Part shown: positions 54,514-64,000 of the stretch, piece after piece
How the letters are laid out: every line of letters begins with the position of its first letter
How positions within the stretch are numbered: the stretch's first letter is position 1
Assembly: GCA_963789435.1 (NCBI GenBank)
Contig: CAWBKO010000002.1
Coordinates: 141,386-205,385, forward strand
Source: an uncultured Chloroflexia bacterium
Lineage (GTDB): Bacteria; Chloroflexota; Limnocylindria; QHBO01
Length of the DNA: 64,000 nucleotides
Direction of reading: 5' to 3'
Program-made: the position numbers and the translations under genes
The notes under the pieces: model-generated
Told to the model about the DNA's origin: nothing
What the model saw: the letters and a program-made list of their open reading frames with translations, nothing else
The model's database searches: none

Positions 54514-55295
54514 TCAGGACCAGATGACTGGCGGATCTGGCTGACGAGCTGCTCGGCGAGCGAGCGCACCGCTGCCTCGTCCCATGGGTCGCCGTATCCG
54601 CCGGCTGCGATAGAGGTCACGGGCGCGAGCCAGCGTTGGTCGATCGGCCTCGGGCAGCCGTGACAGGACCCAGTCGGCGGCCTCGTCCTTGGAGCGGATC
54701 TCCCCTGTCGCGACCGTCGTCCAGATCCGCGCGAGCGTGAGCAGCACGTTGCGGGTGTCGTCGGTCGAGGTCGGACATCAGGGAGGGCACGCCATCGAGC
54801 ATGGCGCGCACGAGGTCGGCCCGCGGAACCGCGTCGAGGAGATCGGTCGCCGCCGGACCGATGAGCGCCCGGCCGGTCTGCCGCACCATCGTGATCAGCA
54901 CGGCGAGATCCGGGTTCTCGGCCGGCTCCGGCTCGACCACGCCCGACAGAAGCGCATCACGCAGCCACTCGCCGAACTGGAGCTCCATCGCGTGGCGGGT
55001 AGCGCCAGGGACGGACGTCAGGATGGGCGACGATCGTCACCTCGATCGGCCTCCATGCCGGCGGCCGGGTCGTGCGACCCGAGATCGGCAGCAGGCCCTC
55101 GACGATCCGCGCCTTCTCCGTGGCCGTGAGCCTGCGATCGGTGACGACGAACAGGTCGAGGTCGCTGTCGGGCCGAAGGCCATCGGCGACGGCCGAGCCA
55201 TAGAGGTAGAGCCCGACGATCTCCGCGTCCGCGAGCCCGCGGCGAATGACTTCGACGGCGGCAGCCGTTTGCGCCTCGACCGCGTCGACCGCCAT
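54514..55295 (-). CDS. Aminoglycoside adenylyltransferase family, ANT(9)/AadA-like (frameshifts)
   Basis: LYGSAV.GLRPDSDLD; RPIEVT; PWRYPP; QFGEWLR; DTRNVLLTLARIW; SKDEAADW. Confidence 0.88.
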
Positions 55296-55298
55296 GGG

Positions 55299-55691
55299 TC
55301 AGCTGGTGGCCATCGCGGCGATCTGGATGAGGTTGCCGCAGGTGTCGTCGAAGACCGCGGTCGTCACCGGACCCATCGGCGTCGGCGGCTGCGTGAACTG
55401 CACGCCGAGGGCGCTGAGCCGATCGAACTCGGCCTGGGCGTCGTCGACGGCGAACGACGTGTACGGGATGCCGTCCGCAACGAGCGCTTGCTTGAAGGGC
55501 TTCGCGGCGGGATGCGCATCGGGCTCGAGGAGCAGCTCGACGCCATCGGGCGCGTCTGGCGAGACGACGGTCAGCCAGCGGGGTCCCCCGAGGTCGATAT
55601 CGGTCTTCTTCGCGAAGCCGAGCACATCGGTGTAGAAGGCGAGCGCCTTGGCCTGGTCGTCGACCAGGACGCTGGTGACATTGATCTTCAT
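55299..55691 (-). CDS. VOC-family protein
   Basis: VDDQAKALAFYTDVLGF; FDDTCGNLIQ. Confidence 0.92.
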   Translation of the reverse strand: MKINVTSVLVDDQAKALAFYTDVLGFAKKTDIDLGGPRWLTVVSPDAPDGVELLLEPDAHPAAKPFKQALVADGIPYTSFAVDDAQAEFDRLSALGVQFTQPPTPMGPVTTAVFDDTCGNLIQIAAMATS

Positions 55692-55975
55692 CGGTCTGGC
55701 TCCTTCTGCGGCAGCGGCCAGCGCTCCGCGATCTGATGCAGCGGCGTGGTGTCGAGGTAGTGGAACTTGTATCGGCCCGAGCGCTCGGTCCGGACGAGGC
55801 CCGCCTCCTCGAGGACGTCGAGGTGCTGCGAGATCGCCTGCCTGGATGCGCCGATGCCGTGCTTCATGATCAGGCGGGAGCAGATCTCGAACAGTGTCTG
55901 CCCGTCGCGATCGGCCAGCTCGTCCAGGATCGTGCGCCTCGTCGGATCCGCGAGCGCCTTGTACAGGTCGCCCAT
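55688..55975 (-). CDS. ArsR-family regulator
   Basis: KALADPTRR; SRQAISQHLDVLEEAGLV. Confidence 0.92.
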   Translation of the reverse strand: MGDLYKALADPTRRTILDELADRDGQTLFEICSRLIMKHGIGASRQAISQHLDVLEEAGLVRTERSGRYKFHYLDTTPLHQIAERWPLPQKEPDR

Positions 55976-55981
55976 GCGCCG

Positions 55982-56011
55982 ATCATAGGCAAGTCGTCAC
56001 TTGCCTGTCAA
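55982..56011 (-). promoter_or_regulatory. arsR promoter/operator
   Basis: TTGACA-18-TATGAT, 6 nt before ATG; operator AGGCAAGT-N4-ACTTGCCT 55987-56006. Confidence 0.82.
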
Positions 56012-56580
56012 GCTGGCTGGCGCGTCACGCGGTAGCGGAGATAGACGAACTTCGAGCTGAACGTGCGGGTCTCGATGAGCTCGAGATTTACCTGGCGCTC
56101 GCCCTGCGGGAAGTACGAGATGCCGCCGCCAACCAGCACCGGGTGGACCATGACGCGGTACTCGTCGATGAGATCCAGCGCGGCCGCCTCGGCGGCGAGC
56201 GTCGCGCCGCCGATCGCGATCTCGCCCTCCCCCGGCTCGGCTCGCAACCGCTCGATCTCCTCCGCCAGGCCGCCGGAGGCCAGGCGGGCATTGCCCTGCA
56301 CCGCCGACAGCGTCCTGGAGAACACCACCTTCGGGAGCGGATTCCACAGTCCGGTCCACTCGATCTCCGCGTCGTCGAGCTCTGCCTCCTCCTCGGCGGT
56401 CTCCCAGTAGAGCATCGTCTCGTACAGCCGCCGTCCCATGACGTGGACGCCGACCTCTCGAATGTCGTCGATCCAGAAGCGAAAGACGTCCTTGTCGGGC
56501 GCGGTCCAGTCGAAGCGGCCGTCCGGCCCGACGATGTAGCCGTCGAGCGAGGCGCTCATCGAATAGGTCACCGGGCGCAT
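56008..56580 (-). CDS. Dihydrofolate reductase / RibD C-terminal family protein
   Basis: SLDGYI; MGRRLYE; PKVVFSRTL; GGATLA; IDEY; PVLVGGG. Confidence 0.9.
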   Translation of the reverse strand: MRPVTYSMSASLDGYIVGPDGRFDWTAPDKDVFRFWIDDIREVGVHVMGRRLYETMLYWETAEEEAELDDAEIEWTGLWNPLPKVVFSRTLSAVQGNARLASGGLAEEIERLRAEPGEGEIAIGGATLAAEAAALDLIDEYRVMVHPVLVGGGISYFPQGERQVNLELIETRTFSSKFVYLRYRVTRQPA

Positions 56581-57329
56581 CAGGCGTCCCGACCTCCGCC
56601 CAGCTGGAGATCTCCCGCGCGCATCGCGAGCCAGATCCCCCACGCCGGCAGCAGAACGGCGGCGACCAGGACCAGGCTCCACACGTTGAACGGGAATGTC
56701 TGGAACCTCGCCCCCATGAGCACGACGACGATGACCGATGCAAGCGCCGTGAGATACCCCAGGTAGGCCCAGCCGACCGGCATGCCCGCACGCACGCCGG
56801 GTCGAGCCGCGATGACAACACCGACCGCCGCCGCGAGCATCGCGCCGTTGGTGAGCCAGATCTGGATGCCCTGCACGATGTTGAAGGCCATCAGGCGCGA
56901 CATGAGCTCCTCTTCCAGCAGACCGCAGTCGCAGTACTGCGTGCTCGTCGCGATCGGCTCGGCGCCGATCAGGAGCAGCTGCGCGGCCACACCCAGGCCT
57001 CCTGCAAGCATCAGCGTCCCGCGCAGGATCGGTCCACGGCTGTCGCCAATCTCGACGAGCCGAGGGAGCAGCTGTCCGAGCAGCCCGATCGCCGCGAACC
57101 CCAAGGCGAACAGCACGCCCTGGGCGAAGTCCAGCGGATATTGCGAGGTGATGAACTCGTTCCCTGCCTGGATGTCGTCGGTGAAGACGCCGGTTTCCGC
57201 CGGAAACGTCCCGGCCAGCTCGAACACCTGGACGAAGAGCAGCAGGACGATGCCACCGACCATCCCCGCCACCATGAGTCCGACGATGACCTTGACTGTC
57301 GTCGGCCACGCCCACCGATCCATGTCCAT
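56580..57329 (-). CDS. Hypothetical membrane protein with YCDC motif
   Basis: About 6 TM; GGAGG RBS. Confidence 0.75.
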   Translation of the reverse strand: MDMDRWAWPTTVKVIVGLMVAGMVGGIVLLLFVQVFELAGTFPAETGVFTDDIQAGNEFITSQYPLDFAQGVLFALGFAAIGLLGQLLPRLVEIGDSRGPILRGTLMLAGGLGVAAQLLLIGAEPIATSTQYCDCGLLEEELMSRLMAFNIVQGIQIWLTNGAMLAAAVGVVIAARPGVRAGMPVGWAYLGYLTALASVIVVVLMGARFQTFPFNVWSLVLVAAVLLPAWGIWLAMRAGDLQLGGGRDA

Positions 57330-57530
57330 CCTCCGCGTCGTGCGCGCCGCCCTGGAGCCGGCGACTCGGACCGCACGCGTGCAATATGGACCGATTGAGC
57401 CAGCGCCGTGAACGGTTCAGGCCAGGAGCCGCCGCTACTGCACAAGCCATCGGATGGCGGGTGTACCATCCGAACGCTCGCTCGCTGAGCTGCCGTGCGC
57501 AGCAGCGCAAGCACGCCGCCCGGAGGCCAG

Positions 57531-57738
57531 ATGACTGACACGAACCCCACTCCACCCGCCGCTCACACCCGACAAACCGACGAAGGGCGGTTGGAAACGA
57601 ACGGCCCTTGCCGTGCTGGCAGTCTTTCTGATCTGGCTCGCGCTCGGCCTGGTGGGAATCCTCCCGCGAAGCGTCTACATCCTGTGGATACCGATTGCCG
57701 CCGTCGTCGGATGGCTGGCCTACCGAGGCCGCATCTGA
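57531..57738 (+). CDS. Small 2-TM protein (one frameshift; not resolved by ORF track)
   Basis: GGAGG RBS, MTDTNP..., then KGGWKRTALAVLAVFLIWLALGLVGILPRSVYILWIPIAAVVGWLAYRGRI*. Confidence 0.6.
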
Positions 57739-57766
57739 CCTCGGCGAAGGCTCACGCCCTGCGCCG

Positions 57767-58696
57767 CTAGGGCGCGTCGACCGCCCGAACCGACTCGACC
57801 ACAAACTGCGCGCGGCATCCGAGCACGCTGGCCTCGGGCGGGTCTCCCCACGTGCACCCTTGGGCTGCTGGATGGTCATACCGTCCGGTGACTTCGATCC
57901 ACCGGCCGCGCGCCGGCATCTGCGACTCCGCTGGCTGGATCAATCGCCAGCCGTAGTCCGGACCAAAGAATCCAGCTGCTTCATCGAGCACGATGTGCTC
58001 ATATCCGAGATTGCAGCCGATCCACCCCAGATCGCCGGTATCGAAGCCGCACGCACCCCCGAGGCCGGCCTCCTCCGGAATCTCGGGGTAGAACCCGACG
58101 ATCGAACGCACTTCATCGCCAAAACAGGCGAGATACCCAATATATCGGAACCCCGAAGGCGAAGTCTTCGGTCATCACGGGGCTGGGCCAGGTCGGGCAG
58201 TCGATCGTTCCGGGAATCAGCCACGGATCGCCATCGGGCCCCTGCGCAGCAGCCCAGCCGATCCAGGTCGGGCAGTCGTACGGATCCGTATGGATCGGCG
58301 TGATGCAACCGGACGCGTTCGGTAACCCAAGGGAGCCGATGAGGTACCACTCGAAGCCGTCTGCCGCTACCGGGCCCGCCAACACGTAGCTGATCGACGC
58401 CCTCAGCCAGCGTTCCGAGTGAGGCGCCGCCGAGACCAGGATCCTCCCGAATGCGCAGGCGATCGACGGCCGTGCGTGGCCAGCGCGTCGATCTCGATGT
58501 GTCCATCGGGCCTCGCCGATGCGGAAGCCGGAGGCGCCTCAGGCGCCGATGCCGTCGCCTCCGCCGACGCCCGGGCGCTTGCCGAGGTCCGCGGACTTGC
58601 GGACGCCAGCCCGTCATCAGATGGCGACGAATTCGCTGGTGCAGCACACCCCACCAGCAGTACCAGGAACATCAGTGCCAAGCGCAGACCGGCCAT
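57767..58696 (-). CDS. Cys-rich SH3b-like lipoprotein, paralogue of 29651-30601 (frameshifts)
   Basis: LVGC lipobox; LRIREDPGL; GPVAADGFEWY; GLPNASGC...CPTWIGWAA; GRYDHPAAQGC...CRAQFVV. Confidence 0.75.
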
Positions 58697-58771
58697 GACG
58701 CAGATCCTAGGCACCCCGACTGCGGCCCGACAACGGCGAGCAATCGACAACTGTTGCTACCCTCGCGACCG

Positions 58772-59969
58772 ATGAGCGACGAACCGGTGCCGGCACGCTA
58801 CTCGTATCTCAGTGCGCTCACGTGCAGCGCGTGCGGGCAGACGACGGATCCGGATGCCGTCCAGGGGACGTGCCCCGCCTGTGGCCTGGTCCTGTTCGCG
58901 ACCTACGACCTCGATGCCGTGCGTCGCGACATGCCGCGGCCGGCGTTCGAGCGCCGGCCCTGGGACCTGTGGCGCTATCACGAGCTTCTCCCGGTCCGCG
59001 ACCCCGCCCACGTGCACTCCCTCGGCGAAGGAGCGACTCCCCTCCTCGAGGTCCCGCAGGCGATGGCCGATGCGGTCGGCCTGGCGGCCGGGCAGCTGCT
59101 CGTCAAGGACGAGGGCCGCAACCCGACCGGATCCTTCAAGGCACGCGGCATGGCCGTCGCCATCGCCCGAGCGGCCGAGCTCGGCATCCGCGAGGTCGCG
59201 CTCCCGTCCGCCGGCAACGCCGGAGCCGCGGCGGCAGCGTACGCGGCGGCAGCCGGAATCGGGTGCCACGTCGCCATGCCGCGCGACGTCCCGCAGATCA
59301 ACCGCCTCGAGGCGGAGGCCTACGGGGCGGAGGTCACCCTCGTCGACGGCCTCATCGATCTCGCCGGCCGGCTCGTTCGCGAACGGGCAGCCACCGAAGG
59401 CTGGTTCGACCTGTCGACGCTGCGCGAGCCGTATCGGGCCGAAGGCAAGAAGACGATGGCCTACGAGCTCGCCGAGGCCGGCGGCTGGGGCGACGCGTGG
59501 TGCCCGGACGTCCTCGTCTTCCCGACCGGCGGCGGCACCGGCATCGTCGGGATGTGGAAGGCCTTCGCGGAGCTCGAGGAGCTGGGCTGGATCGGCGCAG
59601 CGCCGCCCGCGGATGGTCGTCGTCCAGGCCGAGGGCTGCGCTCCCCTCGTCCGCGCCTTCGAGCAGGGCGCCGACCGCGCCGATCCGTGGGTCGATGCGC
59701 ACACGATCGCCGCCGGCATCCGGGTGCCCTCAGGCATCGGTGACTACCTCGTGCTTCGCGCCCTCCGCGAGAGCGGCGGCACCGCGATCTCGGTGACCGA
59801 CGATGAGATCCTCGCCGCCCAGAAGCTGCTCGCCGAGAAGGCCGGCATCTGGTCCGCGCTCGAGGGCGCCGCCACCGTCGCCGCGCTCCCCCATCTCACG
59901 AAGACCGGCCTCATCGCCCGAACGGACCGAGTCGTCCTCTTCAACACGGCGATGGGCATCAAGTCCTAG
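58772..59969 (+). CDS. thrC: Threonine synthase, Zn-ribbon type (frameshift near 59600)
   Basis: CSAC/CPAC; LWRY; LGEGATP; NPTGSFKARG; PSAGNAG; PTGGGTG; FNT. Confidence 0.85.
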
Positions 59970-59980
59970 TCGGGCTGACG

Positions 59981-60655
59981 CTATTCGGGCCAGGGAGCGC
60001 CGGTCTCCAGGGCGCGCGCGTACTCCGCCAACCGGTCGTCGTCGTGCCCCCGTATCTGAGAGAGGAACGGAAAGTCGGCCGGTTCCACCGCCACCCGGGC
60101 AACCGGCCGCACAGCCTCGAGACTGGCCAGCTGGGGAATCCTCACCTCGAACTCGCCGAAGGGGAGCGGCGGCTGGAGCGTGAACGAGTCACCGGGCAGG
60201 ACGTACACCGTGCCCGATCGCCACGGTCGGTTGGGCAACTCCGATCGGCTGATCGAAAACACGTACTGCGGCGGACTGACGTTCCCCGCGGCGTCGGCCA
60301 GACGAACGCAGGCATTGGTGACCGATGCGACCCGATCCCGGTCCACGATCGCGAAGAACATCGCCCAGATGCCGTCGCCTGCCGCGTACACCGCCTTCTG
60401 ATTGCCGAAGTCGGTCAGGTCGATCGCCTGGCGCGGCTCGAACACGTCGATGCCGGGATCACCGGAGCCGTGGAGGACGAATCCTCGGGCATCGGCGAGG
60501 TGACAGAGGAACTGCCACCTCAGCGCGGGCTCGACCTCGACCAGCGGGCGGTCGCCGGAGGCGATGGCGCGATCCCACGTCCGATCGAAGGACGCCCGCT
60601 CGTCCGGCCCGGGCTCGACACCGGGACGCGACAGCCAGTAGTCGGGTAGCTCCAC
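59981..60655 (-). CDS. Conserved hypothetical protein
   Basis: WQFLCHL; LHGS...FEPRQ; AVYAAGDGIWAMFFAIVDR; AGGAGG RBS. Confidence 0.75.
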   Translation of the reverse strand: MELPDYWLSRPGVEPGPDERASFDRTWDRAIASGDRPLVEVEPALRWQFLCHLADARGFVLHGSGDPGIDVFEPRQAIDLTDFGNQKAVYAAGDGIWAMFFAIVDRDRVASVTNACVRLADAAGNVSPPQYVFSISRSELPNRPWRSGTVYVLPGDSFTLQPPLPFGEFEVRIPQLASLEAVRPVARVAVEPADFPFLSQIRGHDDDRLAEYARALETGAPWPE

Positions 60656-60796
60656 CGGGGCTCTTGCCTCCTATCGGGCGCCCGCGACGGCGCCCTCTCA
60701 GCGCGTCCAACCGCAACCGCCACCCAGCCACCCCGCGATGACGCGCCCGTGAGGCTCGAGGGTCATGATCGCGGCGTGGGTGACGGCGAGGGCCGT

Positions 60797-62282
60797 CTAC
60801 CAGACGCTGTCCTTGGTGGCAGTAATGATCGGCTTCTCGATGACCCCGGTCGGGCGTTCCATCACTGGGTGTTCCGCTTCAGAGTCCTCCTTCACGAGGG
60901 CCGGCATGCAGCGTGTGATGGTCGGTCAGCTGCTGGTACGCGTGGGCGGCACGGAACATCGTGGCTTCGTCGAACGGCCGTGCGGCGACGGCAATGCCCA
61001 TCGGGAGTCCTTCACGGTCGAGACCCGAAGGGATCGTCAGCGTGGGGATTCCAACGATGTTGAAGACCGCCGTCGTGCGCGAGACGACCTCGAGCAGTGG
61101 CCGATCCTCCTCGCCGATCTTCGCCACCATCCGGTCGTGCCGCGGTGCGATGCAGACGCAGCCGGGCACGATCGCCACGTCGACTTCGTCGAAGGCGCGC
61201 TCGAAGTCGAGCTGGACCAGGTGGCGGGCGCGAAGGCAGTGCAGATAGTCGGCCGCGTGGACGAACTGGCCGCGTGCCAGCAGCCTCTGATACTCCGGGC
61301 CGTACTCGTCGAGCCGCGCGAACGTCGGCGAGTGCAGTGACGACATCTCCGCGTAGACGATCGTCAGCTCGATCGCATGCAGCTGCACCTGCTTCGTCGA
61401 TGGCAGGTCGAACTCGGTGACCTTCGCTCCAGCCCGTTCGAGCTCGCGCACCGCTTCGTGCGTGGCCTCGGCGATCTCCGGATCGCACACATCGAAGAAC
61501 CAGTCTCGCGGGACGCCGATCCGAAGGCCTTCCACGCCGCCATTGATCGGCGCGAGGTAGTCGTCCACCGGGACCTTCATCGAGTTCGGGTCCTTGCGGT
61601 CGTACCCGGCCATCGCCTGGAGGGCGTGCGCGGCGTCGATCGCCGATCGAGTCATCGGTCCGGCATGGTCGAGCGTCCATGACAGCGGCATGACCCCGGT
61701 TCGCGGGATACGCCCATAGGTGGCCTTCAGGCCCGTGATGCCGGCGAAGGCCGCAGGGATGGCGATCGAGCCGCCGGTATCGGTGCCGATGGCAAGCGGC
61801 AGCTCGCGAGCCGCGACGGCGGCAGCCGACCCGGACGACGAGCCTGCTGCGGTGCGCTCCAGGTCCCACGGGTTGTTCGTCGTGGCGTTCGCGCCACCCG
61901 CGAACTCGAATGTGTAGAGCTTGGCCACGTGCACGGCGCCGGCTTCGTCAAGCCGCTCGGCCAGCGTCGCCGTCTCCTCGGGGACCCAGTCGGCGTAGAC
62001 GGCGGATCCACCCGTCGTCCGGATCCCCTGGGTGGCGATGATGTCCTTCAGCCCATACGGGATGCCCTCGAGGGGCCGCGCGTCGCCGCGCATCCATCGC
62101 CCGGTCGACTCCTTCGCGGCATCCAGCGCGAGGTCGGGCGTCAGCGTCAGGACCGCCTGCACGCGATCGTCCAATCGACCGATGCGGTCCAGGCACGACT
62201 CGACGGCTTCCAGCGGCGAGGCCCGGTGCGAGCGGTACGCGTCGAGCAGCTCCGCCACGCCCAGGTCGGCGAGCTGGGTCAC
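60797..62282 (-). CDS. Amidase signature family enzyme, GatA/AtzE-like; C-terminus probably frameshifted to stop at 60797
   Basis: PYGLKD; GSSSGS; GTDTGGS; GLKATYG; LDHAGP; GLPMG. Confidence 0.9.
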
Positions 62283-62491
62283 TTCGAATGGCCCCCGTTC
62301 TCGATCCAGCGCACGGCGGTCTCGGGTTCGATGTACGGCGGCAGGAACTCGAGGCGGGTGCTCCTGAGCAGGTCGAGCTCGTGCCGGAACCTGACGTGCA
62401 TCGCGCGAGCGGCCTCGAGCCGCTCGGGGGTGAGCTCCAGGCCGCGGTCGGCCGCCAGCGCGGCAAACACCTCGGCGGTCGGCATGGTCAT
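62279..62491 (-). CDS. 70-aa GatC/AtzG/HpxX-like amidase partner protein
   Basis: LAADRGLELTPER...LR...EP pattern; overlaps both neighbours by 4 nt. Confidence 0.6.
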   Translation of the reverse strand: MTMPTAEVFAALAADRGLELTPERLEAARAMHVRFRHELDLLRSTRLEFLPPYIEPETAVRWIENGGHSK

Positions 62492-64000
62492 GCCACGGTC
62501 TCCTCTTCACTACCGACGACCACCAGTCCGCGGTCGCCTCGGGGATCGGACCCTCCGGTGAGGGCCCCTGACACTGGATCGCGCATCACGCCGGCGAGGC
62601 GTGCCGTGTACCACTCAAAGTCGATCCGATGCCCCAGCCGCGCCAGGCCCAGGAGCGTCTGCGGATCGAAGTGCGGCTCCACCATCACCGTCATCGGCTC
62701 GTTCTCGACATGGATGCGCTCGGCCGCAACGGCGGCCGGCAGGTCCATCCCGAAGTCCTCGATGTTCAGCAGCGCCTGCACGATGGCGGTCACCTTGCGT
62801 GCCCCGGCCGGCGATCCGATGACGAGATACGGGCTGCCGTCGCGCATGAAGAGCACCGGACCGCCGCCGGTGATGGGCCGCTTCCCCGGAGCGATCGAGT
62901 TCCGGTGGCCCGGCACGGGGTCGAACATGACCATGTGGCAGTTCTCCTGGAACCCGAGCCCTGGGTGCACGACGCCCGACGACATGCCGAGCGAATGCGT
63001 GATGGCCGCCGCGTTGCCCGCCGCGTCCATGGCGCTGACGTGCGTCGTCTCGTCGCGGTGGCCCGCCCCTGCCGCCACGGGAGGTGCGCTGATCGCACGA
63101 TCGATCGATTCGCGGATCTCGGCGGCGTATGCCTTCGAGACGAGCTTGTCCTGGTCGACCTCCACGAAGTCGGGGTCGCCCAGCAGGGTGAGCCGATCGA
63201 TGAAGGCCGCGTTCATGGCCCGCGCCAGCCGGTCGAGATAGCCTGGTGAGTTCCAGCCGAGCGATTTGAGGTCCCAGCCCTCGACGACGTTGAGGATCTC
63301 GACCGTGACCGGGCCGACGGTCGGCGCGGGCTCGGTCAGCACGTCAAGGTCGCGGAACGTCGCCCGCAGCGGCTCGAGGACCTCGGCGCGGTACGCGGAG
63401 AGATCCGCCAGCGTGACGAGGCCGCCGTTGCGCTGGAAGTCATCGGCCATGAGGTGGGCGGTCTCGCCCTCGTAGAACTCGTCCGGGCCGTTGCTCGCAA
63501 TGCGCTCCAGCGTCCGTCCGTAGTCAGCCTGGACCAGCCGTTCACCGATGCGGTACACGCTCCCATCGGGGTGCAGGTAGATCTCGCGGCACGCCTCGGT
63601 GAAGCCCAGGACCGTGGTGCCCTCCTCCGACTCCAGGAAGTTCTGGATGCGATCGGTCCGCGGCATCCACAGCCGGTAGAGGTACGGATAGACCTCGAAT
63701 CCCTCGTGCGCGAAGCGGATGGCCGGCTGGAGGAGCTGCGCCCAGCCGACGCGGCCGGAGCCGAAGCGAGCTGAATGCCTCGTGCGCGCCGCGGACGAAG
63801 CCGGGCACCATCGACGCCTCGTATCCGAGCCGGTTGCGATTCCCCTCGACCGTCCACATCGCGCCCCACTGGCCACTGGGCTTCCACATGTCGGCGCGTG
63901 CAGCAGAAGGCGCCCTGCCGCCAGCGCTGATGACCTGGGTGGCGCCTCGGCTGGCGTCGTGGAAGATGCCGTGGAATCCGCCGGCGATGCCGCAGTAGAT
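62488..64000 (-). CDS. Gamma-glutamyltransferase family Ntn hydrolase, 5' end outside window (frameshifts)
   Basis: VPG; PAIRFAHEGF; FYEG; TTHVSAMD (Thr nucleophile); APGKRP; GSPAG; GGSDPR. Confidence 0.9.
   Translation of the reverse strand, partial: STAASPADSTASSTTPAEAPPRSSALAAGRLLLHAPTCGSPVASGARCGRSRGIATGSDTRRRWCPASSAARTRHSARFGSGRVGWAQLLQPAIRFAHEGFEVYPYLYRLWMPRTDRIQNFLESEEGTTVLGFTEACREIYLHPDGSVYRIGERLVQADYGRTLERIASNGPDEFYEGETAHLMADDFQRNGGLVTLADLSAYRAEVLEPLRATFRDLDVLTEPAPTVGPVTVEILNVVEGWDLKSLGWNSPGYLDRLARAMNAAFIDRLTLLGDPDFVEVDQDKLVSKAYAAEIRESIDRAISAPPVAAGAGHRDETTHVSAMDAAGNAAAITHSLGMSSGVVHPGLGFQENCHMVMFDPVPGHRNSIAPGKRPITGGGPVLFMRDGSPYLVIGSPAGARKVTAIVQALLNIEDFGMDLPAAVAAERIHVENEPMTVMVEPHFDPQTLLGLARLGHRIDFEWYTARLAGVMRDPVSGALTGGSDPRGDRGLVVVGSEEETVA

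Noticed and set aside
60715-60790. Intrinsic terminator after the amidase
   Set aside because: Imperfect long hairpin with no U-tract; cannot be supported

Overview
Very GC-rich (about 70% by eye), gene-dense bacterial chromosomal window with roughly 80 CDSs. I see no rRNA, tRNA, CRISPR array, transposase, integrase or phage genes. The gene repertoire (SLH proteins of the GC..GRFCP type, F420-type enzymes, many class III cyclases, leaderless genes, a GAAC-N4-GTTC LexA box) suggests a monoderm soil or freshwater bacterium, probably Chloroflexota (Limnocylindria-like) or Actinomycetota; this is inference. About 25-30 genes are broken by single-base frame jumps, most likely uncorrected long-read indels, so many coordinates are stitched across frames. 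Recognisable modules: a REC-HD-GYP plus multi-TM hybrid histidine kinase operon; a BMP-type nucleoside ABC transporter plus cytosine deaminase; an APC permease/DeoR/BtpA/metallophosphoesterase/FGGY kinase/EryC-like epimerase/nucleotidyltransferase locus; vapBC flanked by two ANT-like nucleotidyltransferases; several TetR/ArsR/PadR units with visible operators; LigD polymerase; threonine synthase; and a GGT-small protein-amidase operon. The best candidate for an undescribed system is a 39-codon lipobox peptide gene (mature CNNSDGGGNGY) missed by the ORF track. It sits directly behind the multi-TM kinase/HD-GYP operon and has a sigma54-like promoter, suggesting lipopeptide signalling coupled to c-di-GMP turnover. 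Other leads are the nucleotidyltransferase/phosphoesterase catabolic locus, a triple covarying hairpin repeat, and a LexA-box-overlapped small gene.
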